From positions 26,077 to 90,076 of the IMG/VR virus record IMGVR_UViG_3300042453_005575: DNA of 64,000 bases. The stretch is one strand, 5' to 3'. Positions 9,754-18,884 of the stretch are shown here, piece after piece (within the stretch, counting starts at the first letter, position 1; every line of letters begins with the position of its first letter). The position numbers and the translations under genes are program-made. The notes beneath the pieces are model-generated. The model was given only the letters and a program-made list of their open reading frames with translations, searched no databases and was not told the DNA's origin. The stretch is from a virus.

Positions 9754-11211
9754 ATGAAAATCAAGTTAACTAGATTCGATGGAGGTTTGAAAATAAACCC
9801 CAGCCCTGTGTATTTATTAAAATTTCTTCGTTATTTCCACAGAGAAATGCAATCAATTCAATGGAAAAGAGAAAGTGTATTTGTTGAAAAATTATTATAT
9901 GTTTCTGACGAGGAAGGTTCTATATACACATTGCCGGGGTTTTTTAAAGAGATTGTTGATTTATGCCATAAAAACATGGACGCTGTAGAAATAGAGGATT
10001 ATAGAACATCTATGCCTGAGCCTGATTGGGCTGCGGTTAAAAAAATAAAACTGCGCGATTACCAAGTTGAAATGGTTCTGGATATGCTTTTCAAAGGCAA
10101 AGAAGACATCGGAGTTATTAACGCTACAGGAGGCGCAGGAAAAACGTATCTACAAGCTATCACATATGCTGCTTGGAATAAATTGAATACTATTTTGGCT
10201 ATCCCTCTCAAACAGGTTGTGCTGCAGACGCACGCCAAATTTAAACAATTATTCCCAGATAAGCATATTGGTATTGTGGGAGACGGGAAAAACGATATAA
10301 GCTCGGATATCACAATAGCAACATTCAGGTCTTTAAAAAATTGTGCCTTAGAAAAATGTGAACTTCTTCTTGTGGACGAAATGCAGTCTGCGGGGCAGGA
10401 CACTTTCCAAAACTGCTTGAAGTTGGTTAAGCCTCGAAGAATATTTGGGTTTTCAGCAACAACTGAAGGTATGTTCAATAATACAGATAAATTGCTGAAA
10501 GGCATGTTCGGAGAAGATTTGATATATTTTCCTTATGACGATGCGGAGGTAGCCGGGGCGGTTGTTCCTGGGGTTGTGTATATGGTAAAAATGCCGGATG
10601 ATTTAATTACTGACGGGTACACAAGTATGGAAGCTAAAATTAAACATGGAATAAAACGGTGCTCCGAAAGAAACGAAATAATCGGTAAAGTATGCGCAGC
10701 AATTCCTAAAACTTGGCAAACAATTGTATTTATAGATCATGTCAAGGACCACTTGGTTTCTTTGTTTAAGTATTTACCTCAAGGCTCTAAATATTTGCAT
10801 AGAGAAAGCAGTAAAAAAAGTGTTGGGGCTTTCGCATTATCCCCTAGCGAACAAAATAAAGTAATCGAAGAATTTGCCAATAACAAATTTCAGATACTTG
10901 TAGCTAGTGATGCTTTCCGGGCAGGTGTAGACATACCTAATTGTAGGGTAGTTGTTCAGGCTTCGGGAGGGTCATCTAAAGTTGAAATATTGCAGGAGGC
11001 TTATCGTGGGAGCAGAATTCTAACAGAAGAGTATAAGGAAAAGTTTGGGCTGGAAGAAAAAACTCATTTTGTGTTGGTGGATTTCATGGACAACCATGAC
11101 CCGACACTGGAAAATATGGCTAAAAAGCGCATTTCTTATTACAAAGAACAGAAATGGAAGATTAAAATCATAGAAGATTATAGTAAAATCGACTGGTTTA
11201 ATTACACGTAA
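9754..11211 (+). CDS. Superfamily 2 DNA helicase (UvsW/Rad25-like)
   Basis: LRDYQ Q-motif, ATGGAGKT, VDEMQ, FSAT, AGVDIP, QEAYRGSR. Confidence 0.85.
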   Translation: MKIKLTRFDGGLKINPSPVYLLKFLRYFHREMQSIQWKRESVFVEKLLYVSDEEGSIYTLPGFFKEIVDLCHKNMDAVEIEDYRTSMPEPDWAAVKKIKLRDYQVEMVLDMLFKGKEDIGVINATGGAGKTYLQAITYAAWNKLNTILAIPLKQVVLQTHAKFKQLFPDKHIGIVGDGKNDISSDITIATFRSLKNCALEKCELLLVDEMQSAGQDTFQNCLKLVKPRRIFGFSATTEGMFNNTDKLLKGMFGEDLIYFPYDDAEVAGAVVPGVVYMVKMPDDLITDGYTSMEAKIKHGIKRCSERNEIIGKVCAAIPKTWQTIVFIDHVKDHLVSLFKYLPQGSKYLHRESSKKSVGAFALSPSEQNKVIEEFANNKFQILVASDAFRAGVDIPNCRVVVQASGGSSKVEILQEAYRGSRILTEEYKEKFGLEEKTHFVLVDFMDNHDPTLENMAKKRISYYKEQKWKIKIIEDYSKIDWFNYT

Positions 11212-11420
11212 ATTTATGACCAACGCACAAGAACAACATATAGCGTATACTATAAAATCAGTGCATGACTATTGGCTGGCCAGGCCTTGGCTCAGATTAG
11301 GCCAGCTTATGTATAATGTAGCTCATACAGGTGGGTGGAGGCACGCTGATCTATTCAATTGTCCTGACGAAATAATTACCGCAGGGTTGGAAAAATCAGC
11401 CCAGGAAAATAATATGTAAA

Positions 11421-12347
11421 ATGAACCAAAAGGTAAAAGAACTCCTGAAATCTAAATTTGGTAAGGTAAAAAGCGTCTCGGGCGGAAGCTACCGAATAGT
11501 ATGCCCGACATGCACCCCAAAAAATTCGAAAAAAATGAAACGGTATATAAACCCCAGCTGGTCTGTTAGCAATTGTTTTATATGCAGCCAAATTATACCT
11601 ATATATGATTTATTAGGAGAAGATACATTCTATTTTGCTAACTCAAAGACTCACGAAAAAAATGAAGAAGAATATAAGTACGCAAAAATACTACCATATA
11701 ATTCTTCTGTTAAGCTTTCTGAGCTTGCTTGTGACGCTCCGGTTATTCATTTTTTGCAAAATGACCATCTGTATAATATGTTATACTATGATTCATTAGG
11801 TATTAGATACATACCAGCGAACGGAGGAATCAATATTCCTTTCGATTCAGGCTTTGTGGTCAACACAGCTGAAAGCCTTTTTTTCCCTGTGTTCGACAAA
11901 AATAATGAATATGCTGGGTGGCAATTAAGATTCATTCCTAACACATGGAACGGAGACAGATTTCAATTCATGCGTTATATGCAGCTTTTTCCTAAAGGTG
12001 ATCATTTATTCAATTATAATTTTGCAAAACAATACACAGATGTAGTCGTTGTGGAAGGAGTGAAGAAAGCTTTGAAACTTGGAAATGCTGTTGCTACTTT
12101 AGGTAAAGGAATATCAGACACGCAAAAACAGCTTATACAGGAGTGGAGAAACATAACACTGATATTAGACGGCGAAGAAAGCACACAAATTCTTGCCGAA
12201 GCAATCAGAAAAGAATTCCGCTCGAACGGTAGAAAGTGTGTAAATATAGATTTAAGAAAATATGGATTTGAGTCTCCAGACGATACCACGACAGAACAAT
12301 TGCAGACTATAATAAAACAAGAATATGCTAAACAGCGCGCAAGTTAA
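11421..12347 (+). CDS. DNA primase (zinc ribbon + TOPRIM)
   Basis: CPTC...CFIC zinc ribbon, GWQLR, VVVEG and ILDGE TOPRIM motifs. Confidence 0.8.
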   Translation: MNQKVKELLKSKFGKVKSVSGGSYRIVCPTCTPKNSKKMKRYINPSWSVSNCFICSQIIPIYDLLGEDTFYFANSKTHEKNEEEYKYAKILPYNSSVKLSELACDAPVIHFLQNDHLYNMLYYDSLGIRYIPANGGINIPFDSGFVVNTAESLFFPVFDKNNEYAGWQLRFIPNTWNGDRFQFMRYMQLFPKGDHLFNYNFAKQYTDVVVVEGVKKALKLGNAVATLGKGISDTQKQLIQEWRNITLILDGEESTQILAEAIRKEFRSNGRKCVNIDLRKYGFESPDDTTTEQLQTIIKQEYAKQRAS

Positions 12348-12897
12348 TAGCCGTATAAAAGAAGATTTGGAGTACGAATTCACCAACAAAAAGCGGTTAA
12401 GTCTTCCAAAATATTCATATTTTTCAACTCCCGCAGGCGAAAATTATTTTTGCGAAGCTGCTTTGCTTTGCGAAAAATTTAATTTACACCCTGCGCAATA
12501 TATAGACATTATGTGGAAGCATATGGGTGATAATAAAGTAGAGTTTTTTAGCCCTGCTCATATCCGCGGAAACGGAGCTTTAAAAGCCATTAATGAGTAT
12601 TTCGAAGAAAATAAAAATTATGAGATAGAAATTACTAACGCTAATATCGACTATAATGATATGTGGTTTTTCCAAAAAAACAGCGTTATGCAGTATCTTC
12701 AAATAGGTGTGCCTCTAAAAGATATACTGATGGATTCTTCTCTAAAATTCCCTGCATGGTTTAGGATTTTATCTACTGAAAGCCGGGATCCGGATATAAT
12801 CGATAAATATAAAGCAATAGCCAAAAAAGAATTAAATAATGCTTTGATAGATTTTATAAAACTTAACAATTTAGACATGAATAGAATACTTGATTAA
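12325..12897 (+). CDS. Hypothetical protein (replication module)
   Basis: 190-aa ORF coupled between primase and helicase. Confidence 0.6.
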   Translation: MLNSAQVNSRIKEDLEYEFTNKKRLSLPKYSYFSTPAGENYFCEAALLCEKFNLHPAQYIDIMWKHMGDNKVEFFSPAHIRGNGALKAINEYFEENKNYEIEITNANIDYNDMWFFQKNSVMQYLQIGVPLKDILMDSSLKFPAWFRILSTESRDPDIIDKYKAIAKKELNNALIDFIKLNNLDMNRILD

Positions 12898-14308
12898 TAT
12901 GCACGAATTATACAATGACGCGGATTTTATCGAGCTTGTTATAAAATGCATGTTTAGGTCTAAAAACATTTTGCAAAAAGCATTAGACTTAAAGCTGGTC
13001 CCTGAGGATTTCGGGACAATCACAGTTTACCAGGCATTTGCGCAGGCAGCGCTAGAAATAGGCGAGGCCCCCATAAATTCCAAATTATGCCTAGCCAAGC
13101 TAAAATCAATCTTGCCTGAAAAAGGCATCGATGACACAAGTTCGGCTATAGAATTTTGGGAATTTGTGTATGATGAGGGTGAAGATATAAACGAAGGTTA
13201 CGTTTTAAAAAACCTTCCAGATTTTACGTCAACACGAAAGTTTCAAAGAGTACGTTTGGAAGAATGTAATTCTCCTGAAGAAGCTGTTATTAAGGCGCAG
13301 AATATCATTGGGGATATAGCATTCAGGAAAACTGCGCAGGATATTCGTACTTTTACACCGTTCAAAAATATCGTTTTAACCGAATTAAGGGAGTCACTCG
13401 AAACCGGGTTTAGTGCTATCGATATGGTGGCGCGGGGCCTAAACTATCAAGAGTTTGGGCTAATCCTAGGGCATAGCGGGTCAGGTAAAACAGCAGTCGC
13501 AGTTTATTCCGCGATACAGAACGCAAAAAAAGGCAGGAAAGTTCTCTATCTATCTATCGAAGAACCGGCGGAAAACATATGTAGTCGTATATATTCGAAT
13601 ATATTCAGAATTTGTTATACTGACTTACACAAAGGCTCGGTCATTGTTCAAGAAGATTTGGTTAAGCTTTATAATAATATGACCGAATTTCAAAAAACTC
13701 CGCTTTTAAATTTGCATGTGCATGATTTACGCGGGGCTCAGGGCTCGATAACTGCTAAATATCTCGAGAACTATCTTGATCATTTGTATTTAAGCACAGG
13801 ATTTCACCCTGACTTGGTATACATAGATCAAATGGACTACCTAACAACGAACAGTAAATATGATTCAGAATGGCAAAAATATGGAAAAGTGGCTTTTGAA
13901 ATTGATGAATTTTCAAATCATTTAATCGGAGGGAAGCATAAGTTTTCAATATGGCTGCTACACCAAGCCGGTGGTAAGATGACAAAAAATTTCACTAACG
14001 CTGAAATAACAGGGTTCAAAGGTATTATAAAACCCACCGACATGGCTTTGGCTATTGGGAGGGACAGCTCACACTCCACACTTGTTAACATATTCTCTCT
14101 TAAATCTAGGCACGCGAAAAACTTCAGGTTTGATTATATAGCTGAGTTGGAATTTATGAATTTTGAAGAGTTGAACAATGGAGCCGAGGATAGAATAAAG
14201 ATGGAGCATGAAGATAAAATGAAACTTAAAAAAAGTAATTTTGCCAACGTCCCTAATAAAAGTATGTTGTTGCCTTCGGCTAACACGGGGTTTGAGAGCG
14301 TTGTGTGA
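12890..14308 (+). CDS. dnaB: DnaB-like replicative helicase
   Basis: ETGFSAID, GHSGSGKT Walker A, YLSIEE, VYIDQMDY Walker B, LHQ, LKSRH. Confidence 0.85.
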   Translation: MINMHELYNDADFIELVIKCMFRSKNILQKALDLKLVPEDFGTITVYQAFAQAALEIGEAPINSKLCLAKLKSILPEKGIDDTSSAIEFWEFVYDEGEDINEGYVLKNLPDFTSTRKFQRVRLEECNSPEEAVIKAQNIIGDIAFRKTAQDIRTFTPFKNIVLTELRESLETGFSAIDMVARGLNYQEFGLILGHSGSGKTAVAVYSAIQNAKKGRKVLYLSIEEPAENICSRIYSNIFRICYTDLHKGSVIVQEDLVKLYNNMTEFQKTPLLNLHVHDLRGAQGSITAKYLENYLDHLYLSTGFHPDLVYIDQMDYLTTNSKYDSEWQKYGKVAFEIDEFSNHLIGGKHKFSIWLLHQAGGKMTKNFTNAEITGFKGIIKPTDMALAIGRDSSHSTLVNIFSLKSRHAKNFRFDYIAELEFMNFEELNNGAEDRIKMEHEDKMKLKKSNFANVPNKSMLLPSANTGFESVV

Positions 14309-14314
14309 GTAAGT

Positions 14315-17020
14315 ATGAATAAAAATTCAAGTAAATTATGTATTAGACCCAAAGCTTTGGCAGATACGCAGCCCGAGCTTATGATTATATTTTCGCATCC
14401 AAACATGGACGACTTGCAAGTTCGTGAATTTGGTAAAAAAGGATATGCCGCTGAAGAAGTGGTTAGCGCCTTAGAAGCTGCCGGCATCCCTCTAGATAAG
14501 GTATATTTTACAGCAATGGTCAAGCACGGTATAGGGAGTAAGGCCAAACCTTCTGCCGAAGACATAGACCTTTTTGCAGGTGAGCTGGACGAAGAAATCG
14601 ACCGGTTGAAACCTAAATTAATTATGCCTTTGGGTGCGGAAGTATTCAAAAGGATAATGAAGTCCAATATAAAAGTAGGAGATTATATCGGAGAAATCAC
14701 AGATACCCCGTACGGCAAAGTTTTAGCCAACTACGCACCTGGTATGATTGTGATGATGGACCCTACTAAGCGCCCTGAGTTTAGAGAAAATTTCCTATTG
14801 GCGAAACGAGCTCTAGACAACAACCTACAATATCAAGATTTTAAGTATATTGTTATAGATAGCCCCGCTGAAAACGAAGCGATATTAAATAAATATATTA
14901 AATCCGGGGCATTTACAATCGGCTACGACGCAGAATGGTTCGGTAGTAAATTTACAGACGACGAGGTCATGTACGAGTTCCAGTACTCTTGCGAAAAAAA
15001 TGTAGCTGTGGTGTTAAACATATCCAAAGACGGTAAGACAGAAAATTTGGAATTATTGAACACTATGAAGTTGTTATTAGAGCACCCACAAGCACAGCGC
15101 ATGGGCTGGAATATTCGTGCTGATGACCTCAGGCTAAAGCATAGAGGTTTTAATATACCGGATGAGACGCTCGCTTTTGATGGTATGAAAGCCGTGGCTT
15201 TCTTCGATTCCAGGCTAAGTAAGGGTTTGGAAACAGGTGTAAAAATATTTACAGATTATCCTCCCTACTACACCGAGCTAAACAGAAAACTAAAAGAGCA
15301 TAAATTAGCTAAAAATGAGTTAGCAAAATTAAAATTTTTAGACCCAGATGTTTATTATTACTATTGCGCGGGTGATGCGGTGAGCCACCGAGAAGCTTGC
15401 TGTAGAATGCGGCATTCGTTCCCCGCGAACCTGAAAGACTTTTATTTCAATGTGTATCTTCCTTTAACCCATTATTTTTTGGATATGGAGTACACAGGAA
15501 TTGCGGTGGATAAAAATATTCTAGAAGATCTGACAGCGAAATATTCTTCTAAATATTACGAGTTACGAGAGGAGTTAACAACGTTCCTTAAATTGATTTA
15601 TGGTGTTGAAGATTTCAATCCTAATTCAGCCCCGCAAAAGAAAGAATTGCTTTTTGATGTTCTGAAGCTGGAACCTGCGTATTATACAAAATCAGGTAAA
15701 TCCCCCAAATCAAAGGTATGGTACGATAAACAATCGCCGCAGTCGCAGAAAATGTATCAGCCGTCCACTAACGGTAAATCATTATCTACGATGAAATTCA
15801 AATTAGAAGAAATATTAGAGCAACATCCGAATTCTATTGAGCTAAAGAACAAGCATAAAGCCATAACTCTGCTGCTGAATGTAAGCAGAGTCGGAGTATT
15901 TGCCACAAAATTTCTTTCTAAAAAAGGTATTATTGAAGATGCAACGGATGACTCACTCGAGGATGACTCGGAGGAGCCGCTGAAACAAAGTTATTGGGCT
16001 GCTATATGTAACGACGGAAAAGTTCATGCTAGCTTTTTTGAGTGCTTGAAAAATTTTAGAGCTTCAAGTTCACCTAACGTGCAAAACCCTGCATCCAAGG
16101 TGTTGGCGTACATACCTGACATTTTTGTTCCAAATTACACCAAACTTTCTTCGGAAGAACAGAAGTCTCTTGCGCATATTATGCCTAAAAATATACGCAA
16201 TATATTTCACCCTGCGGATCCTGATTATTATTGGGTTGAGCTTGATGTCGCAGGAGCTGACCTTGCGATTATGGCTTTTTTATCTCGCGATAAAGATTTC
16301 ATACAGGATATTAGGGCAGGTAATTTCCATCAAACTAAAATGCGAGAATATTTTAATGACCCTACGCTAACAAAAAAAGATGTATCCAAATATGTGATAT
16401 CCAAGAGTATCACATTTCGTGTTTCTTACACCGCAGGTTTAAAATTTGCCGCATTACCCATACAGGCTGATATATACGCTGAGAATGGGCTGTATGTTTC
16501 GTTGGAAACATTAAATTATGCGCTGGAAACATGGCAAAGGTATAAAGACTATATGCTTTTCCGTGACAAATGTACGGCTGAAGTTGATAACCACAATAAA
16601 ATAACAAACGCGAGAGGCCTAGTGCTGAACTATGAAAAAACCGATAATTTCGGTATTTTAGCTGGGTGGAAAAATGAAAGTTTGGCTTTTCCTGTAGCCA
16701 GTGAGTTGGCTTGTTTTATGTGGGATGCTTCGGTTAATTTTAAAAACCTCATGAAAAAGGAAGGTTTATGGATGAAATATATTTACCCTGTTAATACTGT
16801 ACATGACGCAGGTTATTGGGTAGTGCATAAAGATTTAGTTAAAGATGATTACATCCAAGAAATGCTCAAATACATATTCTGTCACAAAACTTATTTAGCT
16901 ACTAATGATAATGTAGGCTGTGAGTTGGTAATTTCTGACAGATGGAAGGGAAAGGAAAAAATCTTTGAAAAAGAAACTGCCTGGAACTTTGAAAAAAATA
17001 TTTGGGAGTGGAAAAATTGA
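14315..17020 (+). CDS. polA: Family A DNA polymerase with N-terminal UDG-like domain and 3'-5' exonuclease
   Basis: UDG family 4-like N-terminus (KPKLIMPLG); Exo I YDAE, Exo II WNIRAD, Exo III YCAGD; FNPNS; RASSSPNVQN; motif A ELDVAGADL; motif B KSITFRVSY; motif C VHD. Confidence 0.85.
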   Translation: MNKNSSKLCIRPKALADTQPELMIIFSHPNMDDLQVREFGKKGYAAEEVVSALEAAGIPLDKVYFTAMVKHGIGSKAKPSAEDIDLFAGELDEEIDRLKPKLIMPLGAEVFKRIMKSNIKVGDYIGEITDTPYGKVLANYAPGMIVMMDPTKRPEFRENFLLAKRALDNNLQYQDFKYIVIDSPAENEAILNKYIKSGAFTIGYDAEWFGSKFTDDEVMYEFQYSCEKNVAVVLNISKDGKTENLELLNTMKLLLEHPQAQRMGWNIRADDLRLKHRGFNIPDETLAFDGMKAVAFFDSRLSKGLETGVKIFTDYPPYYTELNRKLKEHKLAKNELAKLKFLDPDVYYYYCAGDAVSHREACCRMRHSFPANLKDFYFNVYLPLTHYFLDMEYTGIAVDKNILEDLTAKYSSKYYELREELTTFLKLIYGVEDFNPNSAPQKKELLFDVLKLEPAYYTKSGKSPKSKVWYDKQSPQSQKMYQPSTNGKSLSTMKFKLEEILEQHPNSIELKNKHKAITLLLNVSRVGVFATKFLSKKGIIEDATDDSLEDDSEEPLKQSYWAAICNDGKVHASFFECLKNFRASSSPNVQNPASKVLAYIPDIFVPNYTKLSSEEQKSLAHIMPKNIRNIFHPADPDYYWVELDVAGADLAIMAFLSRDKDFIQDIRAGNFHQTKMREYFNDPTLTKKDVSKYVISKSITFRVSYTAGLKFAALPIQADIYAENGLYVSLETLNYALETWQRYKDYMLFRDKCTAEVDNHNKITNARGLVLNYEKTDNFGILAGWKNESLAFPVASELACFMWDASVNFKNLMKKEGLWMKYIYPVNTVHDAGYWVVHKDLVKDDYIQEMLKYIFCHKTYLATNDNVGCELVISDRWKGKEKIFEKETAWNFEKNIWEWKN

Positions 17021-17029
17021 AACATACGT

Positions 17030-17785
17030 ATGAATGACGCGCAAGAAGTGGTCAAAAAATTTGATCACCTCAAGTTAACCAATAATTCCAAAGTAAGATT
17101 TTATGAAAAACATAACAATACTTTCAGTTTAAGGCAGGGCAGACCCGAAGATGGCGGGACATGTCCTCACGCCACCCAAGGAAAAGGTGGATGCCTGAGT
17201 GTCTGTTACGACGCTAATTTAAGAAAACTCTATAAAAACTACGCTGCTGTGGAAGATGATAACACAGCTCTGGTACGCGGCGCAAAAGATGCAGCAGAGC
17301 TGGTAGGGATACTCGAAAAAACTGTTTCTGTGTGGCTTGCAGGCGACAAAAAAGACAAAAAGTTTTTCAGAATCCATACTGGCGGGGATTTTTACAACAT
17401 GGACTACGTGGTGGCTTGGGCAAGGGTTATCGAAAAGTTCTCTGGTGTTAGGTTTTGGGCATACACCAGATCACTTTTCGCTATCTCTACACTCGCAGAG
17501 CTTAAAAATTTAACTCTGCTCTTGAGCTGCGACCCGGTAAATAAAGATGAAGTTTTAAAAGCTTACGCCCCATATCGAGATTACCCTAACGTCACCGTAG
17601 CTTGGATGGGTAATGATTTCCCGGAAGAACACCTAAGCGACAGATCTGTATTGATTTGTCCGGAAGTAACAAAGAAGGTTAAAAATACTAAAGAAATAGG
17701 CGCATGCGCACGTTGCAGAGCCTGCATAGATCGTCCGTTAAAATCAGGATTTTTTAGATACATACAATTTCCTATTCATAGATAA
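17030..17785 (+). CDS. Phage Gp88-like Cys-rich protein (possible Fe-S/radical-SAM-related)
   Basis: TCPHATQGKGGCLSVCY, FRIHTGGDFY, FWAYTRS, C-terminal ICP...CARCRAC. Confidence 0.7.
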   Translation: MNDAQEVVKKFDHLKLTNNSKVRFYEKHNNTFSLRQGRPEDGGTCPHATQGKGGCLSVCYDANLRKLYKNYAAVEDDNTALVRGAKDAAELVGILEKTVSVWLAGDKKDKKFFRIHTGGDFYNMDYVVAWARVIEKFSGVRFWAYTRSLFAISTLAELKNLTLLLSCDPVNKDEVLKAYAPYRDYPNVTVAWMGNDFPEEHLSDRSVLICPEVTKKVKNTKEIGACARCRACIDRPLKSGFFRYIQFPIHR

Positions 17786-17814
17786 CCACTCAAAACATTC
17801 CTATATAACACAAT

Positions 17815-18447
17815 ATGAAAAAAATCGAAATACAAATGGCACAAATCGCCACAGTTGAATTCCTTGCAGGCTTTGGCGTAGTAGAAAATAAAGACATTGC
17901 GGCCGTACTCGGTCCGCTCTCGAGCCATGATAAACTCCGCGGAGTTAAAAGATCTATAACAGTTATCAAAAACAAAAACCAAAAAGCTAAGAAAAAACCT
18001 GAAGTTAAAACAGTTGCGCTAGCCAAAATTTATGTAAACCCGAAGGTAAAGGCTAAGCCCCGCGAAAAAACTGCGACAGGAGAAAACATCACTTCTCAAG
18101 ATTTAAAAGTCTCTGATCTTGCAACAGCAAGAATTCGAGGCTATAAAGCAGAGATTATTCGCCTCTGTGGGCGAGAAGCAAGAAAGAACATCATGGCCAA
18201 TAATATGTCTATGCATGACATCGAGTCTTCTGGGCGCGAAGTGTATCGCGAACCGTTTAGAACTCTTTACCATGAATTTGATGCTGTGATTTCTCGCAAG
18301 CTTGAAAATACTGGCATGACTCTAGCCGACTATGGGTTAGGATTCAAGCTGGATAAAAATGCCGCTAACTATCTCGAAAAGGTGGCTAATGCTGGGTTCC
18401 TCACCCATATGTATACGGTTGCAAAAAATCTTTACGGTTCTAGATAA
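17815..18447 (+). CDS. Hypothetical basic protein
   Basis: 210-aa Lys-rich ORF. Confidence 0.6.
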   Translation: MKKIEIQMAQIATVEFLAGFGVVENKDIAAVLGPLSSHDKLRGVKRSITVIKNKNQKAKKKPEVKTVALAKIYVNPKVKAKPREKTATGENITSQDLKVSDLATARIRGYKAEIIRLCGREARKNIMANNMSMHDIESSGREVYREPFRTLYHEFDAVISRKLENTGMTLADYGLGFKLDKNAANYLEKVANAGFLTHMYTVAKNLYGSR

Positions 18448-18519
18448 TACAGATAAAATATACTATTAGTGTAACTTAGTTAATTATTTAAACGCAATAT
18501 AACTTCATTTAGAAAAATT

Positions 18520-18774
18520 ATGAAATATAAAATCGACATCGCAGACAGAACTGGACACACCACCATGGCAGACTTAAATATTCAAGAGGCTACTGATCAA
18601 ATTATAGACCACGCTGAAAAAAACTTGATGTGGGTATTTATAAACGGTGAAAAGTTTGAGTTTTCTGGAGCTGATTTTCGCTCTGAAGAAAATGTTGAAA
18701 AGCTTCAAGGGAAGCTCGAAGCGCTGAATGACCCTGCGGTTCTCTTGACTGGCGCATTGGTTGGCGGTTGCTAA
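18520..18774 (+). CDS. Ubiquitin-like (ThiS/MoaD beta-grasp) protein ending in Gly-Gly-Cys
   Basis: 84 aa; two N-terminal strands plus helix, WVFINGE, final strand VLLTGALVGG then TGC TAA; JAB and E1 genes lie downstream. Confidence 0.75.
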   Translation: MKYKIDIADRTGHTTMADLNIQEATDQIIDHAEKNLMWVFINGEKFEFSGADFRSEENVEKLQGKLEALNDPAVLLTGALVGGC

Positions 18775-18813
18775 TCAAATAGAGTAAAGCTTTTACTAAA
18801 AGCCGAAACTTAC

Positions 18814-18849
18814 TTAGCCCTGCACCGTTTAAATATGGTGCAGGGCTAA
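18814..18849 (+). terminator. 13-bp perfect stem-loop after the Ubl gene (terminator or processing/stability element)
   Basis: TTAGCCCTGCACC-N10-GGTGCAGGGCTAA; no strong U-tract. Confidence 0.55.
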
Positions 18850-18884
18850 AAGTTTATATACATACACACACACTTATCTAAAAT

